64,000 nucleotides of DNA. Source: Pyrodictiaceae archaeon (GTDB lineage: Archaea > Thermoproteota > Thermoprotei_A > Sulfolobales > Pyrodictiaceae). The notes under the pieces were generated by a model. That model made no database searches. It was not told where the DNA came from and saw only the letters and a list, made by a program, of their open reading frames with translations. Below, piece by piece: positions 8,814-19,567 of this stretch. The position numbers were made by a program, and so were the translations under genes. Each line of letters starts with the position of its first letter. The stretch's first letter is position 1. The stretch is taken from the NCBI GenBank assembly GCA_027036135.1, contig JALVSY010000007.1:644880-708879 (forward strand), read 5' to 3'.

Positions 8814-10610
8814 TTGAGGCAATCAAGACTAATAATAATAATAGCCATGGTATTGTTTACCGCAATTATAACGCTACTCTATTTCATTGAGTCAAGGAGC
8901 CTATTGGTTGTCGTTGAGCTAGAGCCACAAACGTTTTGGGGGAAGTATAGCTTCGGCGCAGTACAAGTAATAGCGACTAATGGCCCGTACACCGTTTCAA
9001 AGACGTACTATATCAGGCCCTGGGCAAGGCTCGTAGCTATAAGGATAAACAAGGCTAGCCTCCTCCAAAAACCCCGCTACATAGGCAATAGTCAAAGAAA
9101 TCTAGCAGCAGTCCAAGTACTCCTATACCTTTATGATAAGAGAGGTAGGCTCTGCATAAGAGCAGCTAGGCTCACCACCTTTGAGTACTTTCTAGGAAAA
9201 ACTGGCAACCCCTTAAAGGCTGGCAGACTGGCCTACAAGCATCCCGACGCACTGCTAAGAACCAGGACAATTCATTTTCCATTCTCTAGTTTCTCGCCGT
9301 GCATATACATTGGTAAGGAGCTTGCAAAGATAGCGAAGACGATTAAGGCGACTCACCGCGTCAAGGTACTACAACCCAGTTCTCGACAGCTCCGCCTACT
9401 CGGCAAGGACGCGGAACTGGAACTGCTCTATCCCCAGCTCTATGAGCAGAGACGCAGCCCGCCACAGCAATGGCTACGCAGCATAGTACCTCGTGAAGTA
9501 GCCTCAGACGCCTGGTACATGTTCGCTACGAGATATAGCTATGGATTACTCTTCCCCGCGGACAAGTACAGCCTAGGAGACGCACTAGCCACCGCCCTGA
9601 CAAAATGGTACTGTAAACACGCGGAGAGAGGAGACCAAGAAATAGCCATGGGCCTTATCACCATGGATCAGCTGGTCAAGTGCCTACAAATCCCCAGGAC
9701 TGTTCATTGGAGAAGCCAGCTAGCACCAGGAACAATACTAAAACGCCTTAATATAGCACCTATAGCAGTACTAGATACTTACTGCGATAATTGCCCAACA
9801 GAGATACTCATCATAGGCACAGCCTTCGCTACTGGTCTCATCCAGTACACTACCGAGGGGATCTCGCTGCTCGGAGTAATAATGTACCCTGAGCCGGTTC
9901 TCGTTAATAAGCTAGTTGCAAGCCCCTGCGCTGGCGTAGTAATAGATAACCGAAGGAGAGAAATGATTCTCTATGCACCAATGAACGATACCTACGCCAC
10001 GGATGGAGCCATAGTACTATACTATGTCAATAAGACTTTTCTCGGCGGGAAAGAGTACTGGGAAATAATACCGATCTATGCTGGTACCATAATACATTAT
10101 TACGACTATAACTATGCCTCGATGAATTGCGCCAACTTTGCTCTCGACGAACCAAATACTATGCTCTACAAGGCTCAGCGAGCACAAAACTACCTATTAG
10201 GAGGCCTAGTCTCTAGGAACACTACTCTCTATAAGAGACTCCTATACGCTGATTTCACTATATCAATAACGCTCAACAAGTGCACCAAGACGCCTAGGTA
10301 TGCTAGGCTACTAGCTGGGCTAGTGGCCTCCGCGACCAATAACGCCGTGAACGAACTCATCAATTATATGCCCTGCGTCAACGAGGTATACGATCTCATA
10401 GAGGAGTCGATAATCGACCTAGGCACGAAGACGAGCACGTTCCACGTAAGCCTTGACAGCACGAATAAGAAGTACTGGGTATACATTAGAGTAGAAAAGC
10501 TAGTTCCGGAGGACATAGCCAGTCTATATTCCTTGGGGACCATGTGCTTACCTTCAGACCCCATATACTATGTCAGGGCCCGCGTTGCTCAGCCTCCTCG
10601 GTTCCATTAG
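8814..10610 (+). CDS. Membrane-anchored or secreted hypothetical protein
   Basis: 598-aa ORF with an N-terminal hydrophobic helix and many Cys; no recognised motif. Confidence 0.7.
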   Translation: MRQSRLIIIIAMVLFTAIITLLYFIESRSLLVVVELEPQTFWGKYSFGAVQVIATNGPYTVSKTYYIRPWARLVAIRINKASLLQKPRYIGNSQRNLAAVQVLLYLYDKRGRLCIRAARLTTFEYFLGKTGNPLKAGRLAYKHPDALLRTRTIHFPFSSFSPCIYIGKELAKIAKTIKATHRVKVLQPSSRQLRLLGKDAELELLYPQLYEQRRSPPQQWLRSIVPREVASDAWYMFATRYSYGLLFPADKYSLGDALATALTKWYCKHAERGDQEIAMGLITMDQLVKCLQIPRTVHWRSQLAPGTILKRLNIAPIAVLDTYCDNCPTEILIIGTAFATGLIQYTTEGISLLGVIMYPEPVLVNKLVASPCAGVVIDNRRREMILYAPMNDTYATDGAIVLYYVNKTFLGGKEYWEIIPIYAGTIIHYYDYNYASMNCANFALDEPNTMLYKAQRAQNYLLGGLVSRNTTLYKRLLYADFTISITLNKCTKTPRYARLLAGLVASATNNAVNELINYMPCVNEVYDLIEESIIDLGTKTSTFHVSLDSTNKKYWVYIRVEKLVPEDIASLYSLGTMCLPSDPIYYVRARVAQPPRFH

Positions 10611-10757
10611 GTAGCAAAATAGGTGAGAACAAGTACTTGGCATAGGGCGGAAGGAGCGAGAGAACGCGGAAAAAAGCACCTTATCTAGAAGTCCTTGGAC
10701 TCATTAACAAAAAGGATGTTAGGAAAAGAGGGCCCCCTTGTCTCTAGGTCTCTTTCC

Positions 10758-12185
10758 TTAGGGTGCTGGTGTGTATGCGTATAGTGGTATTCCGTAGAGC
10801 TTCCATGGCTGTATTGCTAGGGCTATTGTTATGAGCACGGCTATTAGTGCTGCGTAGACTCGGTAATCGTTCTTTATTGTTGGTGTTTCCTCTGTTGGTG
10901 GCTGTACTAGCTGGTAGAGCATGTAGCCGTAGTAGTAGGCTGCTATGGCGAAGTTTAGGAGCATTAGGAATGCTAGCCAGGCGCTAGCAGAGGTCGCTGC
11001 TATTAGGAGGTATAGCTTGCTCCAGAACCCTAGGGTGAATGGGAGCCCCATTAGATTCATGAGGGCTATCGCTAGGGCTGCTGCCGCTACTGGGCTCCGG
11101 TGCGCTAGTCCCCGTAGCCTGTTCCAAGTGCATGGCCCGTCTTCGCATGTCGCGTCTAGTACTTGGAAGCCTGCGAGCTTTGAGAATGCGTAGGTTGTGG
11201 TGTGGAGCGCTATACCTGCTAGTGCTGCCTCGCGGTTTATGCCTGCTAGCGCCGCTAGGGTAGCGAATCCTACTACTATGTAGCCTGCCTGCGCGACGCT
11301 GCTATAGGCTAGTGTTTTCTGGGGCGAGTCCCTAACTGCTAGTATTCCTCCGAGGTTGCCATAGAACATTGTTAGTAGTGCTAGTATCGCTGCTATCCAG
11401 AACAATGAGGCGGGTGCTCTTAGGGCGAAGGGTGTTATGAGCTTGACTATTAGTAGTGCTGCTACTAGCTTTGCCAGCGCCGAGGCAGCTGCTACTGTTA
11501 TTGGCCTAGAGTTGCCGTAGACGTCTATCGCCCATGCGTGGAACGGTACTACTCCCATCTTGAACCCTACAGCTATGATTATGAGGGCCACTACTGGCAC
11601 CGTGTACAATGGATCTGTCTGTACTAGGCCGCTGGTCATGTAGACGTTTCCGTGAACTATGTAGTAGAGTATTATGCCGAAGAGCAACAGTATTGTCGCT
11701 ACTGAGCCCGTTGTGCCATACTTCATCGCTGTCTCGGCAGAGATGCCGTTCTTCCGGAGAGCTATGAGTATGTAGGCGGCCACAGCAGCCATTATCCAGG
11801 CCACGTATGCTAGGTATACGACGCGCGCAAACCCTATCGATATCAGGCCAAGCACTATTAGGGCTAGGATTGCGTAGAACGCGTCACCTGCATCCCATTC
11901 CTCTGTAACGCTGTGGGCCCCGAGACCAGCTAGTAGGAACACCATTACAGACACTATTACCAAGAACAAGGAATACTTGTCATAGACCGCTGAGCCCTTC
12001 AGCACTGTGACGTAGGGGACAGGGCCCATCTCATAACCTATGTAGAGTAGTGTGAAGAGGACTAGTAGCGACGAGGCATAGAACGATGCCTTGACAGCTT
12101 TCTTGCCCATTAGCGGCGCGACTAGTGCTGTGAACCCATAGGCTATCGTCGCGATTATTAGCCCCGAGACGTATACCGAGACCAT
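10758..12185 (-). CDS. nuoN: Complex I-like subunit N
   Basis: AMKY, GFKMGVVPFHAW, GLPFTLGFWSK. Confidence 0.9.
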   Translation of the reverse strand: MVSVYVSGLIIATIAYGFTALVAPLMGKKAVKASFYASSLLVLFTLLYIGYEMGPVPYVTVLKGSAVYDKYSLFLVIVSVMVFLLAGLGAHSVTEEWDAGDAFYAILALIVLGLISIGFARVVYLAYVAWIMAAVAAYILIALRKNGISAETAMKYGTTGSVATILLLFGIILYYIVHGNVYMTSGLVQTDPLYTVPVVALIIIAVGFKMGVVPFHAWAIDVYGNSRPITVAAASALAKLVAALLIVKLITPFALRAPASLFWIAAILALLTMFYGNLGGILAVRDSPQKTLAYSSVAQAGYIVVGFATLAALAGINREAALAGIALHTTTYAFSKLAGFQVLDATCEDGPCTWNRLRGLAHRSPVAAAALAIALMNLMGLPFTLGFWSKLYLLIAATSASAWLAFLMLLNFAIAAYYYGYMLYQLVQPPTEETPTIKNDYRVYAALIAVLITIALAIQPWKLYGIPLYAYTPAP

Positions 12186-12219
12186 GCCTTCTCACCTTCT
12201 TCCTAGCTCCCTCCCTAGC

Positions 12220-14175
12220 TCACCCCGTGAACAGTATGACGAAGGCGGAGATTAGGGCGGCGAGGAGTATACCCATAAAGAAGTAAGCCATGTACATTTG
12301 TAGGTCTCCGCTCTGCAGCTCCCTCACCTTCTTGCTCACTGAGACGTTGGCACCGGGTATCGCGACGTGTATTAGCTCGTCGTAGCCCTTCTCAACGCTG
12401 TCTCTTAGCCAGCGAGATAGCCATGCACCAGGATACACTATTAGTCTATAGATTATTGAGTTCACGTACCAGCGGTCGTAGAGGAAGTTATAGAGAGCCC
12501 TCAGCAACGCGCTTCTCTCAACCCACTCTATTGGACGGATACCCATGAAGTATATCGCAACGGTTGAGGCGCCTAGTATCGCTGCCAGTGTGCCGGGCAG
12601 CATATCCATGACTGAGAGGTGTAGCTCTGGGGCTCCAACAGCAGCTGCTATGTGAGGCTCTATCCATGGCCATACGAGGCCGAGACCTAGCGCTGTTAGG
12701 CCTAGTGCTAGGTAGGGGCCTAGCATCAATGGATGTGCCTCGTGGAGGTGCTCGTGCTTCTTCCTCATAGGGGCGTGGAACACATAGTATATCATCCTCA
12801 TCGTGTAGGCGCCGGTGAGAACAGCTGTTATCAATGCGCCTATTGCTAGCCACTCGCTGTACTCCCACATAGCGTGAACTGTTAGATCTTTGCTCCACCA
12901 TCCTGAGAATGGCGGTATCGCTGCTAGGCTTAGGCCAGCCAGTATCGTCGCGACATAGGTCCAGGGCATGTACTTCTTTAGCTCGCCCATATCGTCTATG
13001 AACCTGCTGTGCACAGCGTGTATTATCGCGCCAGCAGCGAGGAAGAGCGTTGCCTTGAACACTGCGTGTGATATGAGGTGGGCGAAGCCCCCGAGGTCTC
13101 CCAGGGCTGCCTCGTTAACAGCTGCCCCAGCGAATATCGCGCCGAGCATGTAGGATAGCTGGCTCGCGGTCGAGTATGCTAGTATTAGCTTTAGCTCCCT
13201 CGATACAATCGCCATCGTGGCAGTGGCGAACGCGGTTAGCAGTGCTAGCCATGCCAGCGCCTTAAGCATCGCCGCACCGGTGCCGAAGGGAGCGAAGACA
13301 CCGAGAGCTATTATCGGAGCAAAGCGGAGAGCATAGAACACGCCAGCCTTGACCATCGTGGCTGCGTGTATTAGCGCTGACACCGATGTCGGGCCAGTCA
13401 TCGCTGTGACGAGCCATTCATAGAACGGGAACTGCGCGCTCTTAGCAAGGGCTCCTAGGAAGAATAGGAGTATCCAGTAAGCCGCTATTCCTCTCAGTGT
13501 TAGCTCGGCGAAGAACTCGTAGATATGGTTGTGTAGCACAGTTATGCTGGTGGAGCCTAGTACTGCGTAGACGACGCCGAAGCCTATTAGCATGCCGACG
13601 TCGCCGAGGCGTGTAAACACTATAGCTCTTAGCCCGCTGTGGCTCGGCGTGAACCACATCGGGACCTTCCAGGCCTTCCTGCCAGGGTCGCCTACCCAGA
13701 ACTCCTCGCGGTCATCGTAGTAGAAGCTTATCAGTGCCCAGCTCGAGAGACCAGTGCCCTCCCAGCCAACGAACATCGTGACCATGTCGCCGGCGTAGAC
13801 CAGTAGTAGCATGCTCGCTACGAAGAAGGTGTAGAAGAACCAGTACCGGGGCGCGCCCCACTCTCCTATGTACTCCACGCTGTAGATGCCTATCATTAGG
13901 CTAAGCGTCGCCACTACCACGCCCATTATCAATGAGAGCTTATCAGCCATTATCGAGAAGTGAACCCCTAGGCTCTTCACCCACGTATAGCTGAGCACCG
14001 ACTCGCCACTAGCCAGGGCTATCCACGCGAACAGCGTTGAGAGCGTTAGCCCCGCCACGCTGGTCCAGGCAATGATCTTCCACCTAGCCTCTGCTGCACC
14101 GAGTAACAGGGCTATTACTGAGAACGTGTACCCTGTTAGTACGCTCGCAAGCGCCCAGGAAGCGCCGTCCATCAA
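12220..14175 (-). CDS. nuoL: Complex I-like subunit L
   Basis: GWEG, AKSAQFPF, MTGPTSVSALIHAATMVKAG. Confidence 0.93.
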   Translation of the reverse strand: MMDGASWALASVLTGYTFSVIALLLGAAEARWKIIAWTSVAGLTLSTLFAWIALASGESVLSYTWVKSLGVHFSIMADKLSLIMGVVVATLSLMIGIYSVEYIGEWGAPRYWFFYTFFVASMLLLVYAGDMVTMFVGWEGTGLSSWALISFYYDDREEFWVGDPGRKAWKVPMWFTPSHSGLRAIVFTRLGDVGMLIGFGVVYAVLGSTSITVLHNHIYEFFAELTLRGIAAYWILLFFLGALAKSAQFPFYEWLVTAMTGPTSVSALIHAATMVKAGVFYALRFAPIIALGVFAPFGTGAAMLKALAWLALLTAFATATMAIVSRELKLILAYSTASQLSYMLGAIFAGAAVNEAALGDLGGFAHLISHAVFKATLFLAAGAIIHAVHSRFIDDMGELKKYMPWTYVATILAGLSLAAIPPFSGWWSKDLTVHAMWEYSEWLAIGALITAVLTGAYTMRMIYYVFHAPMRKKHEHLHEAHPLMLGPYLALGLTALGLGLVWPWIEPHIAAAVGAPELHLSVMDMLPGTLAAILGASTVAIYFMGIRPIEWVERSALLRALYNFLYDRWYVNSIIYRLIVYPGAWLSRWLRDSVEKGYDELIHVAIPGANVSVSKKVRELQSGDLQMYMAYFFMGILLAALISAFVILFTG

Positions 14176-14179
14176 GCCA

Positions 14180-15688
14180 TCACCTCAGGGCATAGACGGT
14201 TTTCATGTTCTGTGCAACCGGGTCAGCAAACCAACCAATAACTATGAAGAAAACAATCGCTAGCACGAGGAGCACGAGGAGAGAGGCGATCAAGCTCCGT
14301 GCGGGCTTCTCCGAGGCCTCCTCGTAGACTGGGCCGCCGGGGCCGTAGAAGACGCGCTTAAACGTAGTAAAGCTATATATCACTGTGAGCGTCATAGAGG
14401 CTATGACTAGTATTGTTAGTGCTACAAAGCTCCAAAGCCCGTAGCCCATAGCCCACTTAGAGAAGCCGAATACTAGGTATATCTCGCTCCACATACCCAT
14501 TGTCGGCGGCAGTCCAGATATCAGCATGAAGCCTACCAGGGCTAGTGCGCCAGTATACGGCATTTTGCGTAGCAGGCCACCCATGTTCTCTAGGTCCCTC
14601 GTCCCGAGGGCGACTATGAAGATGCCAGCGACGCCGAAGAGGAGTGCCTTGCCAAGCGCGTGGGTAAGGTAGTGGAGTATAGCTCCTGTCTCCGCCTCGG
14701 CGTTGGCGATGGATAGGCCTAGCATTAGGTAGCCCATCTGCGATATACTGCTATAGGCGAAGAGTCGCTTAATATCACGCTGCGATAATACTAGGAAGCC
14801 ACCGTAGAGCATAGTTACTATAGCCCATAGGAATAGCCAGGGAGTCGCCTCTGACCAGAGGGAGCCGAAGTACCCTATACCTGCCCTTAGAAGCACGTAT
14901 CCACCTATACCGATGAGTAGCGGGGATAGCAGCGCCGATATCGGTGTCGGGGCCTCGGCGTGCGCGTATGGAAGCCATAGGTGCAGCCCACCCATGGCCA
15001 TCTTCACGCTAGCGCCTATGAGCACTAAGAGGAATGCTGCTAAGCTATGGCTCACGTCAGTGACGTAGCCTGCCCCAGGCACGTAGAAGTCGAAGCGCCC
15101 AACAACGAACATGCCGATGATGAATAGCACTGCGCCTACATGGGTCCAGATAAGATAGATTAGGCCTACTTTAAAGCGGTCACCGTAGCCGTAGAGGACT
15201 ATTAGGAGGGCGCTGGGTATCAGTGTTAGCTCCAAGAAGAGGTAGAACAGTATAGCGTTGCTAGCCAGTACGGCGCCCAACATACCGGCAGTGAAGAGCT
15301 GGTATAGGAAGTAGTAGGTGGAGAAGCTCCCGGAGCCCATCTCGTGGAACCGATGCTCCATGTAGGGAGCGGAGTAGAGCGCTATGATGAAACTCACCAC
15401 TGCGATGCTCATAGCCATGAGCGCGCTAATAGAATCCATGAACAAGCCCAGTGTACCGAAGCTACTCGTCCTAGCATACCAGGGGTCAACAGCTACAACG
15501 TTGTCGCGGAAAACCTTAGCCAGCACAGGGGCTAGTAGCGCTAGCGTGACTGCCCAGGAACCAGCAGCTATCCCGGCATGTGTAGCCTTGGAAGCCCTAC
15601 GGGCAGAGGCGTTGATGAACCCAGCGATTATTGGTATGAGTACAGAGGCCCAGAGAATAGGGTATCCCAGCACGTACTCCGTGGGCAT
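14180..15688 (-). CDS. nuoM: Complex I-like subunit M
   Basis: LHLWLPYAHAEAP, DIKRLFAYSSISQMG. Confidence 0.92.
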   Translation of the reverse strand: MPTEYVLGYPILWASVLIPIIAGFINASARRASKATHAGIAAGSWAVTLALLAPVLAKVFRDNVVAVDPWYARTSSFGTLGLFMDSISALMAMSIAVVSFIIALYSAPYMEHRFHEMGSGSFSTYYFLYQLFTAGMLGAVLASNAILFYLFLELTLIPSALLIVLYGYGDRFKVGLIYLIWTHVGAVLFIIGMFVVGRFDFYVPGAGYVTDVSHSLAAFLLVLIGASVKMAMGGLHLWLPYAHAEAPTPISALLSPLLIGIGGYVLLRAGIGYFGSLWSEATPWLFLWAIVTMLYGGFLVLSQRDIKRLFAYSSISQMGYLMLGLSIANAEAETGAILHYLTHALGKALLFGVAGIFIVALGTRDLENMGGLLRKMPYTGALALVGFMLISGLPPTMGMWSEIYLVFGFSKWAMGYGLWSFVALTILVIASMTLTVIYSFTTFKRVFYGPGGPVYEEASEKPARSLIASLLVLLVLAIVFFIVIGWFADPVAQNMKTVYALR

Positions 15689-15694
15689 GGGTCG

Positions 15695-16015
15695 TCACCC
15701 CTTTGCCTCGCGCAAATCCTTCACGGCCAGGGTTCTCCTAGTGCGGTAAATGAGCACGACTATAGCCAGGAGAATAGCCATCTCGGCTATAGTGAGTATT
15801 ATGACGGTTAGTAAGACGGAGTAGAAACCAGCCTTGGAGCCCGAGGAGGCGACAACCCCGATGTAGGCGGCAGTGAGCACTACGACGTTGAACAAGACCT
15901 CTATCGAGACGAGGAGCCTTAGGAGGCTCTGCGCCGTGAGTATTCCATAAATAGCAGCTGAGCCAGCGATAACAGTAGCGGTGTAAACTAGTGCAGCCAG
16001 TAGCTCACCATTCAA
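15695..16015 (-). CDS. nuoK: Complex I-like subunit K
   Basis: LLVSIEVLFN, IAEMAI. Likely TTG start at 16015 after GGAG. Confidence 0.88.
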   Translation of the reverse strand: MNGELLAALVYTATVIAGSAAIYGILTAQSLLRLLVSIEVLFNVVVLTAAYIGVVASSGSKAGFYSVLLTVIILTIAEMAILLAIVVLIYRTRRTLAVKDLREAKG

Positions 16016-16111
16016 GACTCGACTCCTCTCCTCCAATCTGTTAAAGAAGCAATTATACGTAAGTTTAAAGAGATAACCCTTTGCATAACGGCAAAAAACT
16101 GGGCACGTGAA

Positions 16112-16621
16112 TCACCCCGTTTGGCTCCTCCTAGCAACGCTGATGGCTTCTACTAGTACAGCAGCGATAGTTATCATCATCAGTATGGTGCAGAACCAGC
16201 ATCCTGTGAAGAATCCAGCTGCATCCGCTAAGCTATACTTCGTCTGGGCCAACTGAGCGCTTGTAATCGGGTGGCGTACAGCATAGACCGCTAGCGGCGC
16301 CTCAAGGGTGGCAGCAGCAACCACCGATAATAGTGCCAAGTCTCTCCGATGCCTAGGCTCCTCGTAGAGATCACCAACCATCATTACTACGAAGGCTAGT
16401 AGCGCTATAGTGGTGCCAGCATAGACTATTACATAGAAGGCTGCGAGGTAGGCATATCCCATTAATCCCATCATTGCAGCTGTAGCGAGGGCAACCATAA
16501 GCAACATGAACACAGCCTTCATCGTACGCCTAGCAACAGCAGTGCCAACGGCGGCAGCAGCTAATACGGCTAAGGAGCCGATTATAGCTGTGTCTAGGGT
16601 AACGCTACTCCACAGGCTCAT
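16112..16621 (-). CDS. nuoJ: Complex I-like subunit J
   Basis: YLAAFYVIVYAG..LLAFVVMM. Start moved to ATG 16621. Confidence 0.85.
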   Translation of the reverse strand: MSLWSSVTLDTAIIGSLAVLAAAAVGTAVARRTMKAVFMLLMVALATAAMMGLMGYAYLAAFYVIVYAGTTIALLAFVVMMVGDLYEEPRHRRDLALLSVVAAATLEAPLAVYAVRHPITSAQLAQTKYSLADAAGFFTGCWFCTILMMITIAAVLVEAISVARRSQTG

Positions 16622-17117
16622 AGCGGAGACCCACCTCCTCGTCAACACGCGTTATAACGAGCTTGCGCTTCCTCTTTGCGTGCTCTTCTACGAGCTTCTT
16701 CGAAATAATGTGCCACTCAACCGGGTCAAAGTCCATGCTCCCTATTTGCTCAAAGACCTCGTCGTGCACAGGGCTCACATCAAGCGCGTCGGTTGGACAG
16801 ATGTCTGTGCAGAGGCCGCAGTGAATACAGCGACCAGCGTCATAGCCCGGCCTTATCCTCTTATCTCCTGGTACACGGTACATGTGGATAGCTCTTGGCG
16901 GGCATATCTGGGCACAGAGGCTACAACCAATGCACTTATTGTAGTTGAATATTATGAAGCCTCTGAAGTACTCTGGCTTCTTCTCCTCCATATCTGGGTA
17001 CATCAGAGTCATAGGCTTCCTTGTGAGCCACTTGATGCCAGTAGCTATGGCCTCTAGGTGTGCCAGTACCGGGTTAATACTCGGACGATGATTATCTCGC
17101 TCCTCCTTATTTGTCAT
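16605..17117 (-). CDS. nuoI: Complex I-like subunit I
   Basis: TLMYP, CIGCSLCAQICP, CIHCGLCTDICP. Confidence 0.93.
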   Translation of the reverse strand: MTNKEERDNHRPSINPVLAHLEAIATGIKWLTRKPMTLMYPDMEEKKPEYFRGFIIFNYNKCIGCSLCAQICPPRAIHMYRVPGDKRIRPGYDAGRCIHCGLCTDICPTDALDVSPVHDEVFEQIGSMDFDPVEWHIISKKLVEEHAKRKRKLVITRVDEEVGLRYEPVE

Positions 17118-17133
17118 AAATGTACCACCTTAC

Positions 17134-18159
17134 CTAAGCATAGATTACATGGACAAAAACACCGAGAGCTAGGGCAACGAAGCCTAGTGGAAAGAGCCTT
17201 GCCCAGAAGAAATTCATTGCTTGATCAAGCTTCATCCTGCCGTACACGGCGCGCAGGAACACCGAGAATAGCATCACTATCAGCGACTTAATATAGACAG
17301 ATATTGCCCCCAGTAATGGTGTTGTAAAAGGTGCCCATCCCCCGAGGAAGAGCAGTGTAAAAGCCAAGCTCAGAGCATAGAGCTTCACGTAGTCGATGGC
17401 CATTGTTAGGGCGTAGAGTACTCCGCTGTACTCGGTATAGGGGCCCTGCACAATCTCTTGTTCTCCAAGGACTATGTCGAAGGGCACTCTATCAGTGAGT
17501 AATAGCATTGCTAAGAAGAATAATAGAGCGGCGATAGGGTTGGAGACCAGCCCTATTATCCCGGTATGCATCTGTTTCTCAACAGCAGTAACGAAGTCAA
17601 GCGTGCCATACATAGCAGCCACAGAGAGCATAGCAAGGGCCAGTGTTATCTCGCCAGAGACTGTTAGGAGGGCTTCGCGCCCACCACCTATCATTGCGAA
17701 CTTGTTGCTTGAAGCCCAGCCCATCAGTATAACCGTTATGGGTGAGAGAGTAAGCAACGCGTACACGATGACCATGCTGAAGTCGCTGCGGAACCCATAG
17801 ATTCCCGGCCCGCCTGGGAGCACGGTGAAGGGCAGTGTTAGGAACGTAAAGGTCAGTATCGGGCCGAGTATAAACATTAGCCTATCGGTCTCTATGTGCA
17901 CTATTATCTCTTGTAGCGCGAAGCGAGCACCATCAGCTATGAGTTGCAATGCGCCGTGTAGCTTGGGAGAAACATAGTAGGGGCCTACGCGTTGCTGAAC
18001 CCTTGCAGCCATTTTTCTCTCGGCCCATATGAGGAATAGCACTGTGCCTAGAAGCACCGCCAATCCGGGATAAACCAGGGGGGCTAGGAATCCTCGTAGG
18101 GCCCAGACGGGTACGTGGAGGATCTTTGCAAGCTCAACCAATACCATGACTGGGGTCAC
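17134..18159 (-). CDS. nuoH: Complex I-like subunit H
   Basis: ERKMAARVQQRVGP, RVPFD, GPYTEYSG. Confidence 0.93.
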   Translation of the reverse strand: MTPVMVLVELAKILHVPVWALRGFLAPLVYPGLAVLLGTVLFLIWAERKMAARVQQRVGPYYVSPKLHGALQLIADGARFALQEIIVHIETDRLMFILGPILTFTFLTLPFTVLPGGPGIYGFRSDFSMVIVYALLTLSPITVILMGWASSNKFAMIGGGREALLTVSGEITLALAMLSVAAMYGTLDFVTAVEKQMHTGIIGLVSNPIAALLFFLAMLLLTDRVPFDIVLGEQEIVQGPYTEYSGVLYALTMAIDYVKLYALSLAFTLLFLGGWAPFTTPLLGAISVYIKSLIVMLFSVFLRAVYGRMKLDQAMNFFWARLFPLGFVALALGVFVHVIYA

Positions 18160-18180
18160 CCCTTTGCGTCTTGGACGAGG

Positions 18181-19389
18181 CTATCTATCCGCTTCGGGTG
18201 GGAAGTAGTCCATGCTACCATAGATAGCGGGTAGATCCATCAAGGTGTTGCCTGGCGGGAGTATCGAGAACATTATGGCGTTCCTGGCGCTCGGCGTGAC
18301 TATCCTCAACCGGTACGGCATCATGCCGCCATCGCTGACGAGGTAATAGGTTACCTCGCCGTGCCCCATCTCGCCACGGGAGAAGATCTCGCCCTTGCGG
18401 GGTCTTAGCCTAACGTAGCCCCCGGGTAGCTTCACTCTACCCTTCTCAAACCACTTCTTCATAGCAGGGGGCACCATCTTGGCATAGCGTTCATGGAATA
18501 TCGGGCCATCGGGGAGCTGCTTAAGAGCCTGCTCTATGAGGTCTAGGCTCATCTCTATCTCGCGTAGCCTTACCCACACCCTCTCCAAGCCGTCACCGTA
18601 CTTACCAACCACTGGCTCGAAGTCAAGCTCGCTATAGGCAGCGTAGCCTAGGAGCCTTGCATCGTATCTCACGCCGCTCGCTCTCAGATTGGGCCCGGTT
18701 ATGCCATAGGCTATTGCCTTGTCCTTGGGGAGCACGCCGACGTTCTCGAGACGGCCTCGTATAACGGGGTTGTTGAAGAACATCTTGTCATAGTCCTTGA
18801 GCTTCCTGAGCATATACCTCTTAGCCTTAAGGAACTCGTCCTTGAAGCCCTGTGGTAGGTCTCTACGAACCCCTCCGAAGATGTTATAGGTATGTGTCAG
18901 CCTCGCACCGGTTAGCAACGATGCTAGGTGGACGAAGACCTCGCGGTCACCGAAGCCCCACATGAACATTGTTGAGTGGTTGAGGAATATGCCGCCGATG
19001 CCTAGGCCATAGAGATGGCTCGAGATACGGTTGATCTCACAGAGTATTGTTCTCAGATACTTTGCCCTCGGGGGGGCCTCTATGCCGAGCAGCTTCTCAA
19101 CAGCCTCGACGAAGGGGAGCGTAATGTTACAAGAATCAATAATCGTCATTCTCTCTATGAGGCTTATGACGCGTACATACTCCCTTATCTCGGAGAGCTT
19201 CTCCATGGTTCGGTGAACATAGCCTATATCGGGATCGACACGGACAATAATATCGCCGTCAAGGTAAACAACGAGCCTCATGTGACCAGAGGCAGGGTGC
19301 TGCGGGCCAATGTAGAGCTCAACTACTCGATAACCATCGCGCTGGCCAAGCTCCCTACCAATCATGCCAGGCAACTCGATTCTAGGCAT
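18181..19389 (-). CDS. nuoD: Complex I-like subunit D
   Basis: GPQHP, IGYVHRTMEK, EINRISSH, C-terminal EADR; no NiFe CxxC ligands. Confidence 0.93.
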   Translation of the reverse strand: MPRIELPGMIGRELGQRDGYRVVELYIGPQHPASGHMRLVVYLDGDIIVRVDPDIGYVHRTMEKLSEIREYVRVISLIERMTIIDSCNITLPFVEAVEKLLGIEAPPRAKYLRTILCEINRISSHLYGLGIGGIFLNHSTMFMWGFGDREVFVHLASLLTGARLTHTYNIFGGVRRDLPQGFKDEFLKAKRYMLRKLKDYDKMFFNNPVIRGRLENVGVLPKDKAIAYGITGPNLRASGVRYDARLLGYAAYSELDFEPVVGKYGDGLERVWVRLREIEMSLDLIEQALKQLPDGPIFHERYAKMVPPAMKKWFEKGRVKLPGGYVRLRPRKGEIFSRGEMGHGEVTYYLVSDGGMMPYRLRIVTPSARNAIMFSILPPGNTLMDLPAIYGSMDYFPPEADR

Positions 19390-19567
19390 ATACTAGTCAC
19401 CTTGAAGAGAGACCGCCGCGCGGCGGCCCATCATCCCTGCTTGCGAGACCCATGATACAAGGAGCAAAGGCATCCTTAATAAGGATAAGCCGAGCGAAAA
19501 TAATCGGAGTAGCCTACCCTCGAAATAAGCGCGCGCGTGAAAAACATTCACTGGAGGCGCACCTGTC

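Noticed and set aside
16506-17057. Long antisense ORFs (also 15384..15749, 33595..34251, 45891..46433, 51692..52243)
   Set aside because: Shadows of well-supported genes on the opposite strand, with no motifs of their own.
18181-19389. Group 4 NiFe hydrogenase large subunit
   Set aside because: Lacks the N- and C-terminal CxxC Ni ligands; it is NuoD-like.
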